A stretch of DNA of 64,000 bases from positions 287 to 64,286 of the IMG/VR virus record IMGVR_UViG_3300025617_000018; one strand, written 5' to 3'. Position numbers and translations under genes: made by a program. This DNA comes from a virus (Duplodnaviria > Caudoviricetes). The notes under the pieces are model-generated. The model saw nothing but the letters and a program-made list of their open reading frames with translations. It did not search any database and was not told the origin of the DNA. Of the stretch, positions 49,734 through 58,929 are shown piece by piece (the stretch's first letter is position 1; every line of letters begins with the position of its first letter).

Positions 49734-49768
49734 TATTTAGCGATATTTTTATAATCTTAATGTAAATA
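49734..49768. promoter_or_regulatory. Divergent pair of TAAATA late-like promoters
   Basis: TAAATA on minus (49734-49739) and on plus (49763-49768). Confidence 0.6.
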
Positions 49769-49773
49769 ACTAT

Positions 49774-50061
49774 ATGTTAGTAGAAGAGATTAGAGTAAAG
49801 AATTCTTACACACGAGAGTCAAAACTAGGCAAAGAACATGTATACACTAGATTTAAAACTGTGTTAAGATTTATCTGCGACTGCTGTGAAAAGGAGTTTT
49901 TTAGAGACAGAGGAAATATGGATCCTAATAGGATTAACAACAACTACTATCATGTATGCGGTAACTGTGATGCTAAACGATTTGCACAAGAAAAGGGTGT
50001 AGATAAACGGAGAATATGGAATATCGGTGTGAATACTGATATTCCTATTAATAAACTCTAA
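49774..50061 (+). CDS. Small zinc-ribbon protein
   Basis: CDCC and CGNC cysteine pairs. Confidence 0.65.
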   Translation: MLVEEIRVKNSYTRESKLGKEHVYTRFKTVLRFICDCCEKEFFRDRGNMDPNRINNNYYHVCGNCDAKRFAQEKGVDKRRIWNIGVNTDIPINKL

Positions 50062-51098
50062 CTAGCTAAAAGTAATGAGTCTTTGTTTACGTAGTCTTCC
50101 CAAAGTTTAATACTAGCAAGGTTTTTTGCCTTGCTCTCCGCCATTATATCTGCGTGGTCTAAAAATTGAATGGCCCATTCATTACATGCATTATTCCAAT
50201 AATAATCACTGTGAGCACGAAGTTTACCTTTCTTAAATCCTGCGTCTAAAAGTTCTTCCATTACAGGTTTAACATCTGGATTCCAACCATGCATGTATCC
50301 TTCTGTGCTTACACTATAATGAATAACAGGACGCTCTCCGCGCCAAGAATCTACTATGCGCTTAAATCTATCGTCGGTTGGTAGAATGTATTCACCTTCA
50401 CGGACCCAGTGATGGTGCACATCCAATACAAGTGCAAGATCGTTGGCGAGCTCAAGGCTTGCGTCGATGCCCCACGAGACTTCGTCGTTTTCGATTGTGA
50501 TGGTGTTTCTTGCTTCGGGGCTGAGTCGCTTGAGGGCTTCTTTGATACCTTGCGGCCCTTTTCTACCCGATATGTGTACATTGCACTTAAAGTCTTGGAA
50601 GGTTCTACCGTAGCCCATCCACCTGGCCATATCAGCATGATACTCGAACTCCTCTATACTTCTATTTACTATATCGGGAGTTTCACTAGCAAGTACAGTA
50701 AACTGCCCAGGGTGAAAAGATAAACGGACGTCATTATCGCGAGCAAGATCCCCAACCCTTGCAAACGCTCGTTCGCAATAGTCGCGCACGTCGAGACGCC
50801 GCCAAAAGTAGCTCCAACTGCGTTCAGTATAAACAGGAAGACAATCACTGCCCAACCTGACCATTCTAAGCCCATCGGGCAATCCTCCTACATATTTTAC
50901 AAGATTGTAATAACTTTGAATGTTGTGTTCCATGATGTCCCATAGACGCTGTTCTGCATCTTCGCGAGTTTGACGATTAAGCCAAGCCACTGTGGTACTG
51001 CGAGTGTTAAGGGGACGCTGAATTTCTTCAAGTAGTTTTTTCTTCTGCGTTTGATCTGAATGCATGTACTTGCATGCGAAGCCTATACGTTTTTTCAT
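50058..51098 (-). CDS. uvsE: UV damage endonuclease
   Basis: RIGFAC, RLGSD, HPGQF, IENDE, DVHHH, AHSDY; start moved to MKKRIG. Confidence 0.92.
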   Translation of the reverse strand: MKKRIGFACKYMHSDQTQKKKLLEEIQRPLNTRSTTVAWLNRQTREDAEQRLWDIMEHNIQSYYNLVKYVGGLPDGLRMVRLGSDCLPVYTERSWSYFWRRLDVRDYCERAFARVGDLARDNDVRLSFHPGQFTVLASETPDIVNRSIEEFEYHADMARWMGYGRTFQDFKCNVHISGRKGPQGIKEALKRLSPEARNTITIENDEVSWGIDASLELANDLALVLDVHHHWVREGEYILPTDDRFKRIVDSWRGERPVIHYSVSTEGYMHGWNPDVKPVMEELLDAGFKKGKLRAHSDYYWNNACNEWAIQFLDHADIMAESKAKNLASIKLWEDYVNKDSLLLAS

Positions 51099-51104
51099 AA
51101 TTAT

Positions 51105-51133
51105 ATTATATTGCCTGTGTTGTTGTTTGTCAA
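51105..51133 (-). promoter_or_regulatory. Sigma70-type promoter for uvsE (predicted leaderless)
   Basis: TTGACA-17-TATAAT, 6 nt before the ATG. Confidence 0.8.
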
Positions 51134-51828
51134 TACCAATGTTGTTTGCACCAGGTGTCGATACAGTTATGAGGATTAGGATCACCGTGAAATACAGCAA
51201 TACTAGTATCGTTTAAAACTTTAGGCTCACCAGATTCTGCAAAATTTCTACCGTCTTTGTTTCTAATCATTTGCGGTTTGCCACGCATTTCCCATTTATA
51301 ACTTTGTATCCATTCGTCGGGCCAAAATACCCAGTCTTTTCTTACCTGATTAAAAATCCAATCCTGATCACCATGAAATCTTCTGCTGTAGTGTTCAGGA
51401 TTTTCAATAAACGTAGAAAAAACGTGCTCTTGTTGACCTTGATTTAATCTAAATACACTGGAGTTCATTTTATTCCAGTTATTATTTGCAAATCTATTAA
51501 AGTCACGTATAATACAAAACTTGTCAGGAGCATAGGTAAACAGATTGTCTATGTTTCTAAATACAATAACATCTAAATCTAAAAACAATCGTACACCTGG
51601 CTCTAGCAATTTTGGATCAAAGAAGAATGGCTTGTACCACCACCCTTTTACGTTAGAATTTGGCAACGGCTCAATGCGGATATTAGGATCTATGCCTTTA
51701 GGATCTTCTGTAAAACACACAAACTCGTGATCCACAGTAAGATTCCGCTGCACCATGTTATATAAGATATTAACATAATCAGCGGAATACTTAGTACCGT
51801 GTTTTAAACAAACAACGTAGTTTTTCAT
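51130..51828 (-). CDS. GT-A fold glycosyltransferase (GT8-like)
   Basis: FLDLDV DxD motif, NSSV, GDQDWI, VFHGDPNP. Confidence 0.8.
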   Translation of the reverse strand: MKNYVVCLKHGTKYSADYVNILYNMVQRNLTVDHEFVCFTEDPKGIDPNIRIEPLPNSNVKGWWYKPFFFDPKLLEPGVRLFLDLDVIVFRNIDNLFTYAPDKFCIIRDFNRFANNNWNKMNSSVFRLNQGQQEHVFSTFIENPEHYSRRFHGDQDWIFNQVRKDWVFWPDEWIQSYKWEMRGKPQMIRNKDGRNFAESGEPKVLNDTSIAVFHGDPNPHNCIDTWCKQHWY

Positions 51829-52412
51829 CTACCGTTTAATCTTTCAATAGCCGCCTGCGGTGATTCCCAATGCCAGCGAGGTTTTAATGGAAGTAATTGT
51901 AGTTCTGCTTGTTTATCTTGTGCAGATGCCCGTGCTGTTGTTTCATCAACTTCTACCATAGCATCATTACGCTCATGCTCATAAACACGAACACGCTCAA
52001 CATAACAACGGCTTTTTGTAATATGATAGATAAATGCGTTTACATGTTCCCAAATAAACAGACTACTCATCTCCATGCTTACACCGCTAGGTAGCACACG
52101 AAGTGTTCCTAATAATCCACCAGTATCTACCATTTCATTTGGAATGTCTGCGATACGTGGATCATCTGCTGGTAACACAGTTACGTGATCAAAATAATAT
52201 TCTAAGAATTCTTTAACAGGTTTTAATCCACCAAACGGAACAATCCAACCGTGTTCGTCTACTTCGCCTGCAAATGTAAACTCTACTGAACGATCATAGC
52301 CATGTACTTGAGCACAATGCCCTGGCGTACCATCTTCATTAGCATCAAAATGTTGTGCGTGTCCGCACGGTAAGTTCTTGTATATTTTAGTTGCTTTAAC
52401 TTTAATACCCAT
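51825..52412 (-). CDS. queD: 6-carboxytetrahydropterin synthase / PTPS family (QueD-like)
   Basis: GHAQH, CAQVHGY (CxxxHG motif), FDH, SMEM; AAGGAGG SD. Confidence 0.8.
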   Translation of the reverse strand: MGIKVKATKIYKNLPCGHAQHFDANEDGTPGHCAQVHGYDRSVEFTFAGEVDEHGWIVPFGGLKPVKEFLEYYFDHVTVLPADDPRIADIPNEMVDTGGLLGTLRVLPSGVSMEMSSLFIWEHVNAFIYHITKSRCYVERVRVYEHERNDAMVEVDETTARASAQDKQAELQLLPLKPRWHWESPQAAIERLNGR

Positions 52413-52437
52413 CTCTTGCCTCCTTGTGAGTAAGTTT

Positions 52438-52478
52438 GATGCGCAGAATCTTTATAGTGGGGTGAGCATAAGACCACT
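52438..52478 (-). ncRNA. preQ1-I-like riboswitch candidate
   Basis: AGUGG-UCUUAUGCUCACC-CCACU-AUAAAGAUUCUGCGCAUC: 5-bp P1, 13-nt loop, A-rich tail, loop AUGC/GCAU pseudoknot; upstream of queD. Confidence 0.6.
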
Positions 52479-52484
52479 TTGTAT

Positions 52485-52513
52485 ATACTACACTAACCTA
52501 TCTATTTTGTCAA
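52485..52513 (-). promoter_or_regulatory. Sigma70-type promoter for queD
   Basis: TTGACA-17-TAGTAT. Confidence 0.7.
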
Positions 52514-53045
52514 GTGTAACGTTGCTTTCTAACCAACTTTCTGGAATGTTCCAATCTGATTCTTGATAGACAGTAAACTTGTGTTTAGGAAAGTGATTAA
52601 AAATTTTACTTATCTGATAGATCCAATACCTTGGGTCTATTTGGTGATGATTCTCACCGACATAGCCAATAGTGCCTTTATATACATTGTTTACTCGTTT
52701 ATTAATCCCGTATAGATCAAATCCTAACAGTTTAACATCAGTGTCTAGTGTGCAGGCTATATAGACAGCATAAGGCCCACTGCCCCAGTTCATAGGTTCG
52801 TCTGCTCGTGTTTCTTGTTTGAAAGGAAGTTCTGGTACTAGATCTGCATTTGTAAAACGCCAATCTGGTCGTGTGTATATAGGACCTGTGTATGTTAGAC
52901 GTGCTTCTCTAACCATTCGACGATCTACACATACTAGATGATCTACGTGATAATCTCTAAATATTGCATTACAGCCTATTTTAATTCCTTCAAGTTTATT
53001 AATATCTACCCGAAGTCGGCTTTCACCATTGCCTATTACCCACAT
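52488..53045 (-). CDS. DUF115/MptE-like or sialyltransferase-like Rossmann protein
   Basis: VIGNGESR, GCNAIFRD, SG..A, LLGFD motifs. Confidence 0.55.
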   Translation of the reverse strand: MWVIGNGESRLRVDINKLEGIKIGCNAIFRDYHVDHLVCVDRRMVREARLTYTGPIYTRPDWRFTNADLVPELPFKQETRADEPMNWGSGPYAVYIACTLDTDVKLLGFDLYGINKRVNNVYKGTIGYVGENHHQIDPRYWIYQISKIFNHFPKHKFTVYQESDWNIPESWLESNVTLDKIDRLV

Positions 53046-53356
53046 TACTTTAGATTATCTTTGATTTTTGAAAATTCTTCTTTGATACTTTTTAATCTTG
53101 CAGCAGTTGCAGTCATCATATCTGCAAAATTAAAGATTTTATGAATAGCCCACCACCACCAATATACACTAATAGTAAACAAAACAGTACCACCGACGGT
53201 TAACGCCTGATGATAAACAGAATCCCATCCGAACATCTCTAAGAAAAACAATCCTGCAAGCACAATGAAAGGGAGAGTCCAGCCAGCATAACTCCACCAG
53301 CGAACTTCTTTTTTTATTTGTTCTGATTTAATTTTGATTTCATCTTCCACAGACAC
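53045..53356 (-). CDS. 2-TM membrane protein with C-terminal coiled coil
   Basis: Two Trp-rich hydrophobic helices; GTG start. Confidence 0.6.
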   Translation of the reverse strand: MSVEDEIKIKSEQIKKEVRWWSYAGWTLPFIVLAGLFFLEMFGWDSVYHQALTVGGTVLFTISVYWWWWAIHKIFNFADMMTATAARLKSIKEEFSKIKDNLK

Positions 53357-53413
53357 AGTAGTATCCCCTATGATAATATTTATAGAGCAAGTTTAAAAAA
53401 TTATGTATAATGT

Positions 53414-54535
53414 TTATGCAAAAATTTGACCGAATCTTTTCCAGGTGCCTGGAGTGCCTTCTTTGATGCAAATCCAACCTACGTGTCCAGTTGGTTGTGG
53501 ATCTGTAGTCCACACTATGTCACCTTTATTAAAGGTTCCTGTGCGGGGTGCTTCTGCGGCAACAAGGAACTTCTTGCCATTGTGAGATATATTTCCTTGT
53601 ACTGCAAAACTTTCTGTTTCAGAAACATTAGTAACATTCACGCCTAGTTTGCCGTAAACACTTACCTTAGTATGTGTATTACCTTGAATGCCTAGCTTGA
53701 TATCACCTCCTTTTGTTATTGTGATACGAGGCGTGTTGTCTGTTACTATTTCTAAATCACTGCTGGTGTAGTTACCTACTCTGCTAGCAGTAGTTTCTGT
53801 TTCAATGATAAACTCATGGTCAAAACTTGCAAGACTTAAAGTGGCATTAGGTTCATCGGTGTTAATACCAATTCTCTGCGACGATGCATTGTAGATAATA
53901 AACTCATCTATTCTTACATCACCTTGTACAGATAAACTTTCTAATGCACCTACTCTTTGTAGATTACTATGTATAATAGTATTGCCCAGTGTGTTTTCCG
54001 ACAGCACAGGTATACTGTTAATCATATAAGATTCTGTGTTGATTACATCGATACTAGCAGTACTTAAGATCCTGTCCGGATTTGTTTGTAAAGCAAAGTG
54101 TGTTGCACCTTGAAATCCCCTCCAAAGTAATCCTTTACCGTAGATAGATTCTCTTTCGTCTGCCACAAACTCCAACGAACTAGAACGTTCATGTCTAACA
54201 TCGCTGGTCACTTCGTCTACGTGTAGACTTCTTGCAGAAATATGTCCATTAACAGTAAAATCACCATTAACAACTGTATCACCTTCCAGTGATTCTGCGT
54301 ACAATGCCTTAACATGTACACCGTCATCGTCAACTGTAACTGTAAGTTTGCTGGCAAGATCCTGTACACCTACACTTCTAAAGTTGGTTATTAATCCGCC
54401 GTTGATAGCATTACCACTGATGCTCCTTTGAGCAGGAGTATATTCGGTTGCAGGGCGTTCTTGTAGTTGCTGAACAGCATCTACTAAACTACTAATACCT
54501 TCTTTAACGGAATTTAAATCTACAGAATCATTCAT
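53414..54535 (-). CDS. Putative virion structural (fibre-like) protein
   Basis: Beta-rich; RIGINT.P and GDIVW...GWIC..GTPGTW motifs; TAAATA motif 5 nt upstream. Confidence 0.6.
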   Translation of the reverse strand: MNDSVDLNSVKEGISSLVDAVQQLQERPATEYTPAQRSISGNAINGGLITNFRSVGVQDLASKLTVTVDDDGVHVKALYAESLEGDTVVNGDFTVNGHISARSLHVDEVTSDVRHERSSSLEFVADERESIYGKGLLWRGFQGATHFALQTNPDRILSTASIDVINTESYMINSIPVLSENTLGNTIIHSNLQRVGALESLSVQGDVRIDEFIIYNASSQRIGINTDEPNATLSLASFDHEFIIETETTASRVGNYTSSDLEIVTDNTPRITITKGGDIKLGIQGNTHTKVSVYGKLGVNVTNVSETESFAVQGNISHNGKKFLVAAEAPRTGTFNKGDIVWTTDPQPTGHVGWICIKEGTPGTWKRFGQIFA

Positions 54536-54543
54536 GTAAGTAT

Positions 54544-55764
54544 TTATCTACTTACCTTAAGTATCACAGTCTCCTCATTGACCCTTCCGTTGAGTTTTGT
54601 ATCTGTGGTATTAATATCTTCCAAGAACTTACGCAGTGCTACCTTGCCCGAGCTCTTAAATGTTTTTAGTTGTTCTTCTGGTTTGCGTAGAGTCTTTTGT
54701 ACGCTGGTGATTTCGTTATAACCTACTAGACTTGTACCTTTTACAGTAATAGGGCCTGTCATGTCATCCGCGATATACTTGCCTAGTTTGCGATTTTTAG
54801 TATTAAATACCCAAACTTCTTTTGCTTCAATAAGATCTAATGGATTTACACTTACAATAGAATATTTGTCATCCTGCTTTTTATATTTTAGTTTTGCAAC
54901 TAGTTTGTCTTTGCTAGGTGCTTTCTTAATTCTAGGCTTACGAGTTGTTTTTGCTTTTTCAATAATCATGTCACAAGCATTTAAAATCTTTTCTAATCCT
55001 TCTAAAAACTTTTTAGCATCTGCTTTAGCAAGGTGTGCATATCCTTCACGGAATTGTTGTGCAAGATCTTTTTCTAGCTCGTCTTTGATTTTTGCAATCT
55101 GTTGCGGAGTAGGCATGTGATTTACAACTTCGTTGTATTCTTCATACTCGCCTGTGTAAAACTCTCTAATCTTACGAGCATGGGCTTGTGTTACACCTAA
55201 TTCTGTGAAGTGTCCTAAAAAGTTAAAGTCTTTCTTTGTTTCAACATATGTGTCTAACCATTCGTCGATAGCACCACATGCTTTAATAGACTGTTCGCGA
55301 ATACGATCTTGGATTGTAGGAACATACACATTCTTTTTAGCGGCTTCCTCTGCTTTTTCTTCTGCAACAACTTCTTTGCCTGCAATTACTGCTAGGTCAA
55401 CTTGTTGTTTTATAAACTCGTTGATATCACGCATCTTGCCAGATACACCTTCAAGACCTTCCCAGTACTCTGCATGCTTGTCATAGTAACTAGGAACACC
55501 CATTTCTAACATCTTAGCATAGATGCCGCAAGTAGAGTTTACGCCTACTGCTCGTGCTTGTTTGATATCTTGTGCAGAATACTCATGTGTCTTCATCCAC
55601 TTCCATACATGAGCTAATAGGTCACTGGCTTTAAACTCACCGTAGATATAATCACGCATTGCATTTCGTTGTTGATGAAACTTTTGTGGACTCCAAGATT
55701 CATAACCCGTGAAGTCTGGGCACAGTGATTTTATTTTTGCACGTTTTGCTTGTTTAGCCGCCAT
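54544..55764 (-). CDS. Conserved hypothetical phage protein
   Basis: 406 aa; AGGAG SD; sigma70 promoter upstream. Confidence 0.65.
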   Translation of the reverse strand: MAAKQAKRAKIKSLCPDFTGYESWSPQKFHQQRNAMRDYIYGEFKASDLLAHVWKWMKTHEYSAQDIKQARAVGVNSTCGIYAKMLEMGVPSYYDKHAEYWEGLEGVSGKMRDINEFIKQQVDLAVIAGKEVVAEEKAEEAAKKNVYVPTIQDRIREQSIKACGAIDEWLDTYVETKKDFNFLGHFTELGVTQAHARKIREFYTGEYEEYNEVVNHMPTPQQIAKIKDELEKDLAQQFREGYAHLAKADAKKFLEGLEKILNACDMIIEKAKTTRKPRIKKAPSKDKLVAKLKYKKQDDKYSIVSVNPLDLIEAKEVWVFNTKNRKLGKYIADDMTGPITVKGTSLVGYNEITSVQKTLRKPEEQLKTFKSSGKVALRKFLEDINTTDTKLNGRVNEETVILKVSR

Positions 55765-55789
55765 GGTGTTCTCCTAACTATTTGTTGAC

Positions 55790-55818
55790 AGTATATATGC
55801 CTTGAGAGGAGTTGTCAA
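55790..55818 (-). promoter_or_regulatory. Sigma70-type promoter
   Basis: TTGACA-17-TATACT. Confidence 0.75.
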
Positions 55819-56072
55819 CTGTTTTTGAGTGAGTAATAGGTTGCGTATTTGTCTGACAATGTGCCAATGATTTCTATTCTATGACCAAATGAAAGGGCAT
55901 CGGGTCTCGAAATCCAATAGATGTTTTCAGCATGTTCCATTGCCCACTTACCTTCTGGCGTTTGTTGCCATTGGTAGATAGGCTCTGCAGCATAGATTTC
56001 TACATCTTCCACATCGCCCATTGAAAAGGAATGTAAGATTACTTCAGCCTTCTGTTTCTTGATTCCAGACAC
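55815..56072 (-). CDS. Hypothetical protein
   Basis: 85-aa ORF; MGDVEDVEIYAA motif. Confidence 0.55.
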   Translation of the reverse strand: MSGIKKQKAEVILHSFSMGDVEDVEIYAAEPIYQWQQTPEGKWAMEHAENIYWISRPDALSFGHRIEIIGTLSDKYATYYSLKNS

Positions 56073-56089
56073 AGCGTACAGGCTCTCTC

Positions 56090-57394
56090 TTATATTTTTT
56101 CGTCAGCTTCGAATCCGCGGAAGGTTTTGAACCTTGGGAAGCGAAGCGAGTAAGTGCCGTCTTGATTTTGCGTAATAGCATCTGCTCGTACCTCTACTAG
56201 ATTGTTAATAAGAGCGTCCCTGCTATTCCAATACTCATCCCTGTGAACGTCACTAAAGCCACTACCCACATTAACGCGGATAGCTTTTCCATCGTCGATC
56301 CCTTCGCAAACGATTGCTCCAAGTCGACCACTGTTTCTTCCAGTACCTTCTTCAACTTCTACCACCTTTAGTGTTACTTCAATAAATGGTTTTGCTTTTA
56401 ACCATGCATGAGTTCGTTTGCATTCATAAGGAGCATCAACGTCCTTAATCATAACTCCTTCGTATCCACCGTCTACAGCCGCTTTATTAAGCTCTACAAA
56501 GCGACTTTGTCCTTCAGGAGAGTCTAAGTCAACATCTTCCCAGTCCAGTGCTTGTACGTGTTTTAAGACGTCTTTATGCTCCTCTACCCAGTGCTTGGTA
56601 ATAGCACTACGGAAACTCTGTGGCTTATCCCACGAACCTGCTTTGAAACAACCTAGTGGAATTGTGTCAAACAAATGTAGTACAGCGTCAGTGCTTTGCT
56701 TTCCGTCTTTGCGATGCACTTGCTTCATAAGATCTTGGAAGTCTGAACTCATTACTTCACCGTCTAATACTAGCGGATACGGCACAGGATATTCTGCAAC
56801 AACTGCTTCAAGTTCTTCAATAATGTGTCCAAAGTTATGAAACTGTTTTCCGTTGCGCGAGAACATTTCTACTTTGCCATCTTGGATAACAGTTAGCACA
56901 CGAACACCGTCGAGTTTGATTTCAATCTGTTTCTTACCAATCATTTTCTTTTCATGGTTAGCTGAATCGTGTGCAAGAGCACAAGTAAATACAGGCACTG
57001 TGCCTGGTACTACTTTGTTTACAGTCTTTTCACTTACACCACATCGCAAGTCTTTGATAAGGATACGACGATACCAATCGTTCCATTGTGCTTGTGTTGC
57101 TACATCCATTGCCAGTAGGATAGCGTCTCTCGCTGAATGTCCAGTCAGTTCGCGGGCGATTAGTTTGTTTGCAAGTTCTACAAAAGCAGTCCAAGGAAGT
57201 CCTTGTCCATCGTCTTCTGTTTTACTAGGAACTTGTTTAACACCAAATGTAACAAGAGGATCAAGTGTCATACGCAAGCCGTCAAAAAACTCTGGAAGTC
57301 CTTCTTCGTGTGCAACACGAATAATATCTTCTTTGTTTAAGCGACTATTGTGAATTTCAAGTTGACGGATAATGTAATCAGGCTGTGTACGCAT
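56090..57394 (-). CDS. ATP-dependent DNA ligase
   Basis: EIKLDGVR (motif I), LDGE, EGVMIK, WLKAK, SLRFPRF; start placed at MRTQPD after GCAGGGG SD. Confidence 0.93.
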   Translation of the reverse strand: MRTQPDYIIRQLEIHNSRLNKEDIIRVAHEEGLPEFFDGLRMTLDPLVTFGVKQVPSKTEDDGQGLPWTAFVELANKLIARELTGHSARDAILLAMDVATQAQWNDWYRRILIKDLRCGVSEKTVNKVVPGTVPVFTCALAHDSANHEKKMIGKKQIEIKLDGVRVLTVIQDGKVEMFSRNGKQFHNFGHIIEELEAVVAEYPVPYPLVLDGEVMSSDFQDLMKQVHRKDGKQSTDAVLHLFDTIPLGCFKAGSWDKPQSFRSAITKHWVEEHKDVLKHVQALDWEDVDLDSPEGQSRFVELNKAAVDGGYEGVMIKDVDAPYECKRTHAWLKAKPFIEVTLKVVEVEEGTGRNSGRLGAIVCEGIDDGKAIRVNVGSGFSDVHRDEYWNSRDALINNLVEVRADAITQNQDGTYSLRFPRFKTFRGFEADEKI

Positions 57395-57432
57395 GTAATC
57401 CCCTGCTGTTGTAAACTTTAAGTCGTTCATAT

Positions 57433-57460
57433 ATTATACACTCTTGTTGGTTTTTGTCAA
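57433..57460 (-). promoter_or_regulatory. Sigma70-type promoter for DNA ligase
   Basis: TTGACA-16-TATAAT. Confidence 0.7.
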
Positions 57461-57994
57461 CTCTTCAATATGAATAGGTGTGTAATCGATATGCTCAACA
57501 CATACACATCTGTGATGTTCGGTTGGACTAGGGTTCTGATGAATGTGTCCGTGAACATTTAACAACATTCTATTTTCTTCATCGTGTCTGCCATGTCTAT
57601 GTCTCCGTAATCCGCTAGGATCTAAAGGAACATGCGATAATAATAAATCGTGTTCGTGAAACTCTCTCCACACTACAACTTTGGTAACAAGTCCGTTCTG
57701 AATAAAGAACTTAGCGTCATCGTGATTACCAAGAATCAATCTTTTAGAACCATTCAATCTGGACCATAAACTTTTAAATGTGTCTTTGTTACCAAAGAAC
57801 ACATCGCCCAAGTGATATACAATATCACCTGGCTTTACGACCTTGTTCCAGTTTTCAACCATAGTTTCATCCATTTCTTCAACAGAGCTGAAACGATCAC
57901 CCCTAACCTTCTTACCAGTGTTTGAATCTACAAAGGTAAGAATATTAGCGTGTTGAAAGTGTGTGTCACTGATTAACCAAATATCTCTGCTCAT
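57434..57994 (-). CDS. Calcineurin-like metallophosphoesterase
   Basis: SDTH, LGD, GNHD, HGHIH motifs. Confidence 0.9.
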   Translation of the reverse strand: MSRDIWLISDTHFQHANILTFVDSNTGKKVRGDRFSSVEEMDETMVENWNKVVKPGDIVYHLGDVFFGNKDTFKSLWSRLNGSKRLILGNHDDAKFFIQNGLVTKVVVWREFHEHDLLLSHVPLDPSGLRRHRHGRHDEENRMLLNVHGHIHQNPSPTEHHRCVCVEHIDYTPIHIEELTKTNKSV

Positions 57995-58392
57995 AATCCT
58001 GCTAGCATTTTATATCTATCCCAGGCCTTTTGTGTTGCTGGGTTGGTTGCTATTTCTTCTTCTGGTGCAAATGTTTCTAACCAATAGTAGGGCAAGCGTG
58101 GCGGATGTGCTTTGAACTGTCGTGGCTGATGTAGTTTGCCATTATCATATAACTGTATAGCTACATTGCGATAGATAGCACTTGCTTCTTCATCAGTACT
58201 ATTAGGTTCTGCATCGGCCCATTCGGGATTGCTCAAACCACCGTAACGATAGCCGTCCCAAATACCTTTCCAATGTGAATCATTGTGCGGATCAAAATCT
58301 GTACGAGCAACAATTACTAACACATCGTCGTAATCTACTCGTGCTTCTACAATATCCCGCATACAACGACTTAAACTTAATCCTACTTTCAT
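57991..58392 (-). CDS. Hypothetical protein
   Basis: 133-aa coupled ORF. Confidence 0.6.
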   Translation of the reverse strand: MKVGLSLSRCMRDIVEARVDYDDVLVIVARTDFDPHNDSHWKGIWDGYRYGGLSNPEWADAEPNSTDEEASAIYRNVAIQLYDNGKLHQPRQFKAHPPRLPYYWLETFAPEEEIATNPATQKAWDRYKMLAGL

Positions 58393-58694
58393 TATGACTT
58401 TTTCTTCTTAGGATTGTTGTTAGCAATCAAATCACCAAGCCCTGCTTCTTGTGCCATAGAGCTTTTATATCCGTGCTGAAGATTTTTTAAACGGGCATAA
58501 TCGACACCTGTTTTAGTCTCGATTGCTTTCTGTACAGCAAAAAGTTCGTTGTCTCGTTCGCGACTATTACGACGTTGTTTTTGATCTAGTACAATCTCAT
58601 ACAACTTATAAAGTTCAGCATCTGACAGATTTTTAATAATATCACGTGCTTCTTTGTCGTAGTTACGATCGTCGATGTGTACTGCTCGTCTCAT
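58392..58694 (-). CDS. Hypothetical protein
   Basis: GAGG SD before MRRAVH. Confidence 0.6.
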   Translation of the reverse strand: MRRAVHIDDRNYDKEARDIIKNLSDAELYKLYEIVLDQKQRRNSRERDNELFAVQKAIETKTGVDYARLKNLQHGYKSSMAQEAGLGDLIANNNPKKKKS

Positions 58695-58722
58695 TGTAGA
58701 TACCTCTCTAACATTTCTTACT

Positions 58723-58751
58723 ATTATAAGAGATTTTTGAGAAGTTGTCAA
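58723..58751 (-). promoter_or_regulatory. Sigma70-type promoter
   Basis: TTGACA-17-TATAAT. Confidence 0.8.
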
Positions 58752-58752
58752 C

Positions 58753-58929
58753 TTATTTTAAAAGATTTTTACCTACAGTGCGTTCTAGCTCTTCTAAACT
58801 AACCAAGTCTTGTTGACGTTCAAGAATAGCTCGTTTAGGGTTTAAATTAAAACGATCCTGAAACCAAAAATTGATGTTATCTGCAAAGTCTACACACCAA
58901 CGGAATATTTTTCTTTTACGAATCTTCAT
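58753..58929 (-). CDS. Small hypothetical protein
   Basis: Start at MKIRKR after GGGAG. Confidence 0.5.
   Translation of the reverse strand: MKIRKRKIFRWCVDFADNINFWFQDRFNLNPKRAILERQQDLVSLEELERTVGKNLLK

Noticed and set aside
57395-57430. N-terminal extension MNDLKFTTAGDY on the DNA ligase
   Set aside because: That ATG is only 2 nt after the -10 box and lacks an SD; the ATG at 57394 has a GCAGGGG SD, so the segment is more likely 5' UTR
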